NCBI GenBank assembly: GCA_030704615.1
Contig: CM060733.1
Coordinates: 26,102,001-26,166,000 of the forward strand
DNA: 64,000 bases
Source: Takakia lepidozioides
Lineage: Eukaryota > Plantae > Bryophyta
Direction: 5' to 3'
Numbering within the stretch: the first letter of the stretch is position 1; every line of letters begins with the position of its first letter. A model generated the notes under the pieces. That model was not told where the DNA came from, ran no database searches, and saw only the letters and a list, made by a program, of their open reading frames with translations. The translations under genes were made by a program, and so were the position numbers. Positions 1 to 10,425 of this stretch are shown piece after piece.

Positions 1-294
1 ATTGTATTATTAATATAGGGCGTCTAATATTTTTTTGAAACAAAAAATTATAATTAAAATAGCATGCCAAAAAATCACCATATTACAAAATTATGTAATT
101 ATAGGGTACTAAAAAATGCCCAAAGTCAAAGTAATACCCCCCTACAAAATACCCATTTATCTCACGTGCCCTATACAAGTGATAGGGAGTGACTTCCCCG
201 GGACTGCGGCAGCAATATGCAACACACCATATCTTTTGACAATTTGTATAACAATATTTGGCTAACCTTTTTTTTCCACTTGTCATCGCCGCTG

Positions 295-1900
295 GATTTG
301 AAATGCGGCGCCGCATTTGCGTCCATAGGAGGTGAAAGGCAAAAATAAATAAATAAAATTTGAGTTTGTTTTTTTGATTTGTTTTTTGCCCTCTCTAGTC
401 ATCCCGCAGGATCGAAATGCGGTGCCGCATTTCCAACAACAGGGGGTAGAGGGATAAAAAAAATAACCGTAAAAAATTTTCTTTCTCTTCTCATCGCCGC
501 TGGATTGAAATGCGGTGCCGCATTTCGGCCAATAGGGAGTAGAGAAAAAAAATCCAAATTTTTTTTTTCCTTGTTTTTTCTAGCTCTAACCGTTGGATGG
601 AAATGCGGTGCCGCATTTCCGACCACAGGGGGTGGCGGAAAAAAAAACCAGAACCCTAATTTTTTTTTTTCTATAGTCATGGTCGTTGGATAGAAATGCG
701 GCACCACATTCAGAAGGCAATGGGTGTATGGCAGGTGGGATGGAAATGTGGAGCCGCATTTCCGTCCCACTGTCATGGAGGCAAGGGTAACTGGTAGTGG
801 CGACTGAAATGCGGCACCACATTTCCGTCCCACTGTTATCGAGGCAAGGGTAACTGGTAGTGGGGACATCCGAAATGCGACACCGCATTTGCGTCCCCAA
901 TGTTATGAATGCAAGGTCTTCTGGCAGTCCGGACAAAAATGCGGCACCGTATTTGCGTCCCCACTGTTATGAATGCAAGGTCTTCTGGCAGTCCGGACGG
1001 AAATGCAGCACCGCATTTTCATCTGTCCCCACTGTCATGAAGGCAAGGTCCAATGGCAGTCCGGACGGAAATGCGGCACCACATTTCCGTCCCCAATGTC
1101 ATGAAGGAAGGGTCTTAGGGCAGTCTGGACGGAAATACGGAACCGATTTTCCGTCCCCACTGTCATGAAGGCAAGGGTGTATAGTAGGTAGGACGGAAAT
1201 GCGGTGCCGCATTTCCGTCCTATTATTATGGAGGCAAAGGTAACTGTAGTGAACGCAAGGTCCAACGGCAGTCCGGATGGAAATGCGGCATTTCCGTCCG
1301 TCCCCACTGTAATGATGGCAAGGTCCAATGGCAGTCCGGACGGAAATGCGGCACCGCATTTCCGTCCATCCCCACTGTCATGAAGGCAAGGTCCAATGGC
1401 AGTCCGGACGGAAATACGACACCACATTTCCGTCCCCAATGTCATGAAGGAAGGGTCTCAGGGCAGTCTGGACGGAAATGCGAAACCAATTTTCCGTCCC
1501 CACCGTCATGAAGGCAAGGGTGTATAGTAACTAGGTTGGAAATGCGGTGCCGCATTTCCGTCCTACTATTATGGAGGCAAAGGTAACTGGTAGTGGGGAC
1601 TGAAATGCGGCACCGCATATCTGTCCCCACTGTCATGAAGGCAAGGTCTAATGGCAGTCCGGACGGAAATGCGGCACTGCATTTCCGTCCCCTCTGTCAT
1701 GAAGGCAAGGGTGTATGGCTATCCGAACGGATATGCGGTGCCGCATTTCTGTCGCACTGTCATGAAGGCAACGGTAAGTGGTAGTGGGGACGACCGTCCC
1801 CACCGCAAGCTTGAATGGCAGTCTGCCCACCTCATTTCCCCAAAATCCACTGAAGGGATACATATTGATGGCAGTCTGGACGAAAATGCATCGTCGGAGT
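295..1900. repeat. Tandem array (~22 units, ~60-110 bp period) built on the hairpin GGACGGAAATGCGG-CA/TG-CCGCATTTCCGTCC
   Basis: The motif GAAATGCGG(CA|TG|CG)CCGCATTTC recurs at ~301, 415, 508, 601, 694, 807, 872, 1068, 1196, 1343, 1539, 1602, 1665 and elsewhere. Inner units share CCCCACTGTCATGAAGGCAAGG. The repetitive ORFs over this interval are artefacts of the array. Confidence 0.95.
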
Positions 1901-3238
1901 TCCGTCCCTTGACATCCACCCATGCTCGCTCCTTGGTGGATCCAATTCGGTGTCAGTCTGCGGCACTCCATATCCATCCAGAAGTACACCCAGAAGTACC
2001 TCATTAAACGGCAAGTGAAACGGCAGTTGACACGAAAGTGCAACTGCCATCCACCCGTCCCTGGACATAACAACAACCTTTCTTTTTTCTCTTCAACTAT
2101 GTCGTCGGCATGGGCTCCACATTATTAACACAACTTGGTTTTGTGTTGAACTAACTAGCTTGACTGGCATTTGTCAGTATGAACATTCATGTCTGCAGCG
2201 GGAATATGGCTGTTTGCACCTTAAAGAGAAGATGTCAGACCTAGCATTGGTGCGTTGGAATCCCCATGAATACCCGCAATCCCCAAAAAAGAACTGGAGG
2301 TCCCATCTTTATGCATCTACATGCAGACTTTATCTCATATCACGAAAGGTATGTCCAATTCAAACCGGAGGTCCCCATCTTGAATACCCTCGGCGACTGC
2401 ACCTCGAGGTCCAGTCATGTTGTCGCACAATGTCTCTTCCAGCAGTGGAAGCCCAAGAGTTTTCGCCATCGCCTTCAAGCAGGGATTCCGTACATGAAAT
2501 TTCCTGCCCAGATTCCGCCCGCTGTTATGCAGTATGGGCAACCCATTGTGGAGATGACTTTGTCTACGTCACAGTGGAGAATTGTTCGCGCACTGCCGGC
2601 GTTTCGAGGCAAGTGTTCTGCAATTCGAGTGATACACGACAACATTGTGGATAGATGATAAGAAAGAACCCAGTTGGGGCTGTCCCTACTCCTACTTTCA
2701 CGGGAAGATTTGTCCATGCAAAGTTTGCGAAGGCGACGACGACCCAGTTCTGGTTCTGTAGGCATGACATTATGACTTGTGTCTATGGAAAGCCCAAGTA
2801 CGACATACAAGCAATGCCAGAGGCTCCCCCGGTGTGGCCGGTGGAACCGGGATGCAATCTGAGTCAGGTTGATGCCGACGCCCTTACTGCAACAGGATTT
2901 TGGATGGTGCAGCGGATTGACGTCCCCAGACAACCATTTCCGGTTGCACAACCTCCACCACCGACCCCTAGGAGAGCAAGAACAAACGTACGTGACAACT
3001 CTAAGCATCCTACACACCGTTGGGGGAAACCGAAGAGACGGCGACCTCCCTCAAAAGTGAATGAGACAAGGATGTGGAATGCAATTGGGATGAACTATAC
3101 AATCCAGAACTCAACAGAAGTGCCCCCACCAGGCTTCGGGCATGTGTGTCAGATGGCCATGGCAGGCTCAGTTGTCCGCAATAAGGTGTACACCATCACC
3201 ATTTCAGAATTACCCACCTGCAATTGCACCTACTTCCA

Positions 3239-3370
3239 CAGGGATGCCTCGGCGTGAGCCTGGTCACGTGAGCGCGTGAGCGCGACTGCGCTCACGCCAC
3301 GTCACCTTGCGCAAATGCCACGTCACGGGGCTCAGTCCACGTCATCACACGTGGAGGCCGAGTCACCACG
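3239..3370. repeat. Left terminal/subterminal region of MULE copy 1 with repeated CGTGAGC/GCTCACG and CCACGTCA motifs
   Basis: Clusters of GCGTGAGC, GCTCACGC, CACGTG and GCCACGTCA, mirrored at 14390-14559, 32156-32290 and 42750-42880. Confidence 0.8.
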
Positions 3371-3439
3371 CACCCAGAAAGAAGTGGAGTGTATTCCCGC
3401 GGATTGGCACCCTTTACCGCGGAAACAAGCTGGACGACA

Positions 3440-3810
3440 TAATAAAAGGCATTGAATAAATGATGGATGAATGTACAGTTGGATGATAAACAGATGGATG
3501 AGTTTGAAAAATCTATGTAGATGGATGAATGACGGATGGATAAGAGTAAAATGGATGAATGTATAATGGATGTTGAGCAATGACAAAAATTCATGACAGG
3601 AAGATGCATGACCAAATCTTTTGACGAATGCACAAAGTATATGAAATGAGTGTGGAAGGTTTGTGGGGTGGATTAAAGAGTACAGAGGATGAATGTACAA
3701 TGGATGTTGTACAAAGGAAGCTTTCATGAATGGAGCACGCATGAATACAGTGTAGATGAATGCACAATGGATATGAGAAGAGTCAGGAAGGTTTGTGAGA
3801 TGGATTCATA
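3440..3810. repeat. Degenerate (ATGG/ATGA)n low-complexity tract inside the MULE
   Basis: Repeated ATGGATGAAT; the reverse complement is in copy 2 at ~42280-42640. Confidence 0.6.
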
Positions 3811-4265
3811 CATATAGCAATTTAAACGAAAGTTGATTCTGTGATTATTATTTGTTCTAAAGGAACAACTACGGTAGAGTAAGGGGATTCAACGTTTTCC
3901 AGATAATATGAAAATGAATATTAAAAGAATACAGTTCAGTCTGACTCAGAGTCAGTACAATGTATCCCCTCTTCCTCTGCATCTAAGTCTAAGTATTTTA
4001 GAACACCGGATCCACGCTGGATACACCTACGGCTGGCCACTAAAAAGTCAGGGGATAGGGACTCGGACGCGTGAAGTGCCATTGCTTCGGCATAAACAGG
4101 GAGCAGAAAATTGGAAAGGGGGCTGTCGAAAACAGACTCGCCAGAAATGACTGTATCTCCTGAAGATCCACCGCTGGTTTTCCTGAAAGACAGCCTGAAA
4201 AAGTTATTACTGTAACTTTGATGTTATCGAGAAATTGAGTATGACTCCCAAAGAGGGTTTAGCAC

Positions 4266-7200
4266 TTACTCACATGAAAAGTCGTTGTCGACCTGCTTAT
4301 CTTCGGGATCGTCATCATTTCGAATATGAATCCGATCAGTCTGTGTGCCTGAAGTGGAGCCAGACAAAAGGGGGAGGAGCACTGTGTTGTAGAGGTCAGA
4401 ATCACCCTCCATACCAAAAAGGCTTCTTCCGCCTGCCTTGCATGCGTGGTAAGTTGCTCCTGCACCAGACAGGAGAACAGAAGCAGTTTGGAGGAGGGGA
4501 TTTAAGCAGATGAAACTGTTGAAAGGAAACCAATTCGGAAGGGAGAAAACGAACCTGTGGACACAGAAAGATCGACCACCCGTGCAGAGCGGTGGCTGCA
4601 TGACTCCAGCAGTATTTGCATGAATGCTGGTGACTTTTCCTTTGCACCTCTCCAGGGAGTGCCATCTGGTCTCTTCAGAGTCTGACTGGACTGCATGAAG
4701 TTGTACAAAATGTCATCGACATGGGGCTCATAGGGGGGGTTGACGAAACAACCCTGGTCAGAAATCTCAAAGCTGCGGATGGAGATGGTGTCTTTGATGT
4801 GCGAATCCTCCGCAGGCAGATCGCCTCGAACATCCTCGTCTGCCAAAGATAGCAGGTTAGTGTGGTAAACACAATCTAAAGTGGAAGTGTGTACATCGGC
4901 TATTCAGAACTCTGACACCAAAAAACCATGAATCGTTGATGATCGGTGTCGATCATAAAACATTCTACTAGAGTGGAGCTGCAGAGAAAATTGAAACTCA
5001 TGATCAAAGCATAAGCAGAAGGCAGACGGCATACCAGCTGACCAGGGAAACCCCCTTTCACAAGGTAGAGGCTGTTCACACAATTCCATGTGCGCAAAAC
5101 TTCAAACCCTGAAGACTTGAGGTATGATGCCAATGCCCGACGACTATCATTGTCACATGACTGAAAAAGCAGAAGTGTCCCTGCATCAGAGAGGAAATTG
5201 TTACAGAACCCGAATACCCAACTCCAGTAGTTGTCCTCGAATTTGTTCCACCCTGGCGTCTTGCCCTTTGGAAGAACTTCTGGCACAGCCTGGCCATCCG
5301 GGATGTCGAGAATGACAATGTCGGCCGCATAAGTTTTCTGCACACCGCACACGAAGGTGGGACCTGTGCTCACCTGCAACAGACATGTTTTTTATAAGAA
5401 CGATGGCAAGAATGTTTTCAAAGAACGAGACTGAAATACTGCCAACGAAACATTCAGAGAAAAAGGAAAGAAAGTGGAATTCTCACCAGATTGAGGAATG
5501 AGATTATATTGTCCCAGGTAGGGGATGGCACCCCAGTGTATCCTCTCTTTCGACTCTGCATCATCGAAAGCCAACCCTCATTAACAATTTTCATCTCTCC
5601 TGCTGAATCAGAACGGGAAGGGTGTGGCTTGGCATCGAACACGCACTGAAGAGTGCGGGTATATCTTCCAGCACTAAAGTCCTGCCCACTCTCCATCTCC
5701 TTTTCATTCTCCTTCCCCTTGTCCTTTTCCTTCTCTTTGGACTTGTCTTTGTCCTTTGGCTTTGCTGGTGAGATGGCTATGACATCAACAGCCTTGTCTT
5801 TTGGTTTGCGGCCCGCCTTCTTTCCCTTCTGCGGCGTTCCCTGAGCATCAGGCTCCTTGGCAGCCAAGGTTGCTATGTTTCGTTGATACTCTTCGTCAGT
5901 CAAAGGCGCCAGCATCTCAGCGTTATTGTTCAAGTATTTCATATGCTGTTCTTGAAAGGTCGTGTGCTCAGGTGGGCAGTCAAGGTACCACCCACAGTCT
6001 CTGAAGTGAGAAGGACTCCAGTCCTTCAATATCCCTGCAGTATACATGGTTGGATCGTTTGCAGGGTCCGACCACATGTCAAGATAGTCGGGAATTCCGC
6101 TCAGGTGATTTCCTTCCATAAGCACATATTTCGTGTACCTGAAAAAAGGAGATGAATCCCAACCCACAAAAGCGCTCAGTGAGTAAGATGCAAGTAGAAC
6201 AGAAAGAATAAAACATGGATTGAAATGGCTCTGACAACTGCTCCAAGGACCTTTCAGGACCACACTACTGCTCCAGATATGAATGTCGTCAACGCCATTC
6301 AGAACATTCCATTCCATGACACTGTAAATACATCCTAATCCAGGTGAATGCAAATAAGCGATTAGAAATGACACAGACATAGAAGTGAATGTCGTCAACG
6401 ACATTCAAGAATGAAGCCAAATTATTACTGAAATGAAGCAAAATCACAGGATGGAAATAAAAAAATTGAGTAAGGAACCATCCAGGAAAACTCAATGCAC
6501 ATTCATAACGAACCTATCACTGAGGACCTCACAACATCACTGTATGTGAATGGCGTCAACGCCATTCACAAAAATACAAAAAAGAAACCAATTACTTAGC
6601 TCCCCAATCCATGAAATTGAATTTGTCGTTTTTGAATAATACAGACACAGCTGTGAATGTCGTCAACGACATTCACTTTGGATTTCTTAAAACAGAGCTT
6701 ATCAAGCCTCCATATTCATCGCAAGAGGAAAAAACAATGCAGAACAACTGAATGTCTGCATTGACATTCAGCAAAATGAAGTGATCAACCCTCATTGTAA
6801 CCTCTATGGACATTACAAAAATTTAAATAACCTTGAGGACCACACAACAACTCCGTATGTGAATGTCGTCAACGCCATTCAAGGACATTATCAATTCTAA
6901 TCAGGGACAATATAATTGCACCCTTAGATCCTAACCAGGTGAATTCATATACTCGCTTAAGAATGACTCAGACAAAGAAGTGAATGTCGTCAACGACATT
7001 CAATCTGGATCTAAGATTGCAATCCATATGAAGCCACAATTTTTCCCAAAAAAACAGTAGAGTTTCAAGTATGACATTTCACCTGTACACAACTCGCATC
7101 ATGGCCCACTCTCCTCCAACCTGACTGTCAAAGTCGTTGGACCGTAAAATGTTACCATCTTTGGAGAACTCCCGGAAAAAACAGTATCTCCAGGTGAGAC

Positions 7201-9571
7201 CTCTCCACTTCCTTATGTATGCCTCCAATGACATTTGGGGAGGGGAAACAATCGCAATGTTCAGGTCCTTCAAAGTCTGATCCAGCACAATGACGGCGCG
7301 CTTTTCGAGCTGCAAATAGTATATTTGTCAGAATTGCAAAAAAGAAACACATCACATACTTGAAGAGAAGAAACAGCATGTTCGAATACACACCTGACTC
7401 CAAAATGTAGCCTTGTGGAGCCAGTTATCAAACACCAAATCACTGATTCCTTCCACCTTTGTGCCAGGCTGTATGGTGCTCTTTGGGAACTGATTCAAGT
7501 CCTTTACTGTTTGATCTGAGTTCCATATCTCCAGCCACCTTATTTTTGTTTGTGGGTCGACCATCGATATGGCCAGCCGGTGCAATTTCTCCTGCTGCAT
7601 CTCCGGATGCACATGCTTGTCATAGTGTGTTTTGATCTGCTGAAGGAACTCAGGACCAAGTCCAGGATCTACTATTCTAAGCTGCTTTCCGAAGGCTGAC
7701 ATCAATTTGGTTCTTCGCATCTCAAACTCCTTCTTTATTGCAGCTTCCACACCCTTTGATGTCCTTAGTTCCTCTGGTGTAGTGCGGTAATATTCGGATT
7801 TTCCCTTCTCAGCTGCCTCTGCCAGTTCTTGCTGCATTCATTCAAGTAGTGATTAGCTCCGAAGGGACTCTAAACATGTATTCGAAAAGTAAACAGATTA
7901 CAGACTCGGGCTTACCGCATACATGTACTCCAGAAACGCCTCTCGTGTCAAAGAATACCAAGTGCCTGCAGCTCTTCCTGTTTCGCACTTCTTGATGATA
8001 TTGGGTGGTAGTACTGTCCGAAAATCATCCAGCTTCATCAGACCAATCCTCTGAATTCGGAATAGTGTGTGAACCAAGCTTGTTGTCACATGCGATTTCT
8101 CTGTCGATCTGCAAAAACATTGAAAACATTGCATTCCTTAACACTGTTTTTTGAGGATCAACAAGACACTACAGAGGGAATCAAATCTCCTGGATGACTT
8201 ACTTGTTCACGTCGTGCATAGCTGTAAGAAGCCTAGCGATGTCGTTTCCTGGATCCAAAACCATTGCCTCCACAGCAACATGCTTGTCTTTGTCTTTCGA
8301 ATGGTGTTTCTGAATGTATCCCATCCATGCCAGCAATCGGTGGTTGCCGTCCCAGACGTAGAACATGTGGTTGCAAAATTGCTGGGTGTTCTTTCCCATC
8401 ATGAGGCCCAGCTCGAACTCCTCATTGGCATCTTTCCAGCACTCATCCCAGTTATCACTGATCTCTGGAGAAACTAATGTGCTTTTCCCATTTATATCCG
8501 TCAGTGACACATAAAAAACTTGTGCACCAAGTCTATATCCATGCACAAAATCACTCTCCAATTTTGTTATGTCATGGGAAAGAGGTGGACGCACAACAGG
8601 CATTGATATCATCCGGCACAGAGGTATGTCCAGACGCCCTCCAGATACGAGCATGTCCCTTATAACCTCCTGAGAGTTTACCTTCTGGAATGACATGAGT
8701 TCTTTCACCTTGTCAAGGTAGTGCACTTCGGATTCATCTGCTTCATCTGTATTCTCTGAGCTTTTTGCGGACTCGTCCCCATCTCCAGATCCTTTCCCCT
8801 CTGATCCTGTAGGCTTCGACCTCACAGTTTTCTGCACGATGCCATTCAGTTCTGACTAAGTGATTTGCAAATAGTGAATGGCGGTAACGACAATCACTCT
8901 GTATCAAGGAAACTCACCATGAATGGTGTGAAAGAATTCAGCACAATCTACACATGCAAAGCCGAGACTGCCGTATTCAAAACAAAAGTGAGAGCGATAG
9001 CGAACGGCGTTAACGACAATCACAAAAGATAACAACCTGCCGGATCGGTGTTGTGTAATGACATATATGTGCAACTGATTGGCGGCAACGACATTCAGTG
9101 TAGTTTAGGGAGAATAGTAAGTGCAGACTCTCTCTTCAAACACATAGGTACATAAATCTCATGAGCAGAATCGAATGGCGTTAACGACGCTCGCGATTCA
9201 GTAGTTCCTGCTAAAGAATGGAAGAGGAAGGACTCCTTGAAAGGCAATCACACAGACTATATGATAAAACTTACTGGCACCTTCTTAGGTTTTGAAATTT
9301 GATCCCCTTCTGCAGCTTTCCTCTTCCCTCTCACATCTGCTGGAGTTTCTGTCTGCGCAAGGGTTTCTTGACCTTCTTCAGGTTCGGCGTTCCGCGTGCT
9401 TCCACCTTCTTCAGTGTCCCTGCGATTCATCTCTGCCTCCACAGGCTGGCGCACTCTTATCGCCGACTGTGTCGCAGCCGCTGCCTCAGTCTCCGTCTGC
9501 TCTTGTGAATCAGTCTCCGCGTTCACCTGCTGCCTTGGCCCTGTGTTCTCCAACAAACGACGCCTCGTCAT
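4266..9571 (-). CDS. Multi-exon cargo gene: ParB/Srx-like domain + helical region + Lys/Glu-rich linker + beta-class N4-C/N6-A DNA methyltransferase (N6_N4_Mtase-like); one 1-bp frameshift near 4785
   Basis: Inferred GT-AG exons: 9571-9275, 8831-8203, 8108-7916, 7831-7394, 7309-7083, 6138-5487, 5373-5035, 4839-4555, 4459-4266. ParB-like: LDIPLCRMISMPVVRPP..KLESDF..FYVWDGNHRLLAW. MTase motifs in beta order: ADIVILDIPDG (IV), FLSDAGTLLLF (VI), FEAICLRR (VIII), GAKEKSPAFMQILLESCS (X), VVDLSVSTGATYHACKAGGRSLFGMEGD (I-II). Confidence 0.85.
6280..7003. repeat. Intronic array of palindromes GTGAATG(G/T)CGT-CA-ACG(C/A)CATTCA(C/A), 7 copies in ~3 higher-order units
   Basis: Copies at ~6280, 6385, 6546, 6653, 6750 (degenerate), 6859 and 6980. 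Further degenerate copies lie in intron 1 at ~8874, 9002, 9078 and 9174. Confidence 0.9.
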
Positions 9572-10425
9572 TTTCTCTCTTGCTCTGCGTCTCTCTCTAA
9601 GGGAAGTAAAATAAAGAGACTTTCTTCTCTTTCGTATTCTAGAAGGAACCCTCTCCAGCTTGACTACCACTCTCCCTCTAAGCGCGAAAAGTAGAAAAAC
9701 GCAGTGACTCCGATTTCTTGCGGGATTGCCTGTGTTCTTGCGTGTCTCTAGAAGCATCGGATTCCCTCCCGCGTGACCGTTACACATAGTCGTTTCGTTA
9801 TTAGTGCACATGCCAGCAATTGGTGTACAGCTGTTCGTATTCAGTTATGGATGTCTGACGTGTGCCGCCCAAAACAAAACGGCGTGTTCTAAATTATAAC
9901 TGGTTCAATATTTAAAAAGAACAGCGAATCCCAGAAATTGATGCGCAGTCTTAAACAAATAAATATAAATGAACGAGAGTTTGATGACAAATTTTGGAAT
10001 ATCATACACGGTCATCCTTGTTATCCAAACCCCACATTCGTTGCACATTTGGAACTTTCCAGGTGCGCATGATCATTGGTAGTAGTATATAGATACATTT
10101 ACTTAATCTGCAATCCCATTCTCGGATCCTGTGGCATGCTTCCAGGAAGTCGGCTTTGTTATTGGGTTTATTGATGAGGTTCTGATTAACGGTTTAACAG
10201 TTGCCGACACTGCCCCTATGGATTCTCTGACCACTGGGCCCACAAGAAAAGTAATTAAAATGGACGGCTGCATATCTGGAATGAATAACAGAATATGCAC
10301 AGTCGTTATCTGAGCTTCCTCCGCCATATGCTCTGCTCATTCTTCAACTGTGTTCTGGAGACAGCAGTAAACCGATTTACACTAGATCTGCGATAGCAAG
10401 GTACAAACATACTCGAGGAAGGAAG

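Noticed and set aside
295-1900. CRISPR-like appearance of regularly spaced palindromes (also at 6280-7003)
   Set aside because: The intervening sequences are themselves repeated and variable in length, there are no cas genes, and the context is eukaryotic. These are tandem hairpin arrays.
4730-4743. NPPY as the catalytic motif of a gamma-class MTase
   Set aside because: Motif order and the hydrophobic strand before DIPD fit the beta class. NPPY falls between motifs VIII and X, so it is probably coincidental; kept only as a caveat.
4266-9571. Bacterial or phage contamination as the source of the ParB-MTase
   Set aside because: The gene has eight spliceosomal introns, lies within TSD-bounded elements, and is contiguous with plant genes.
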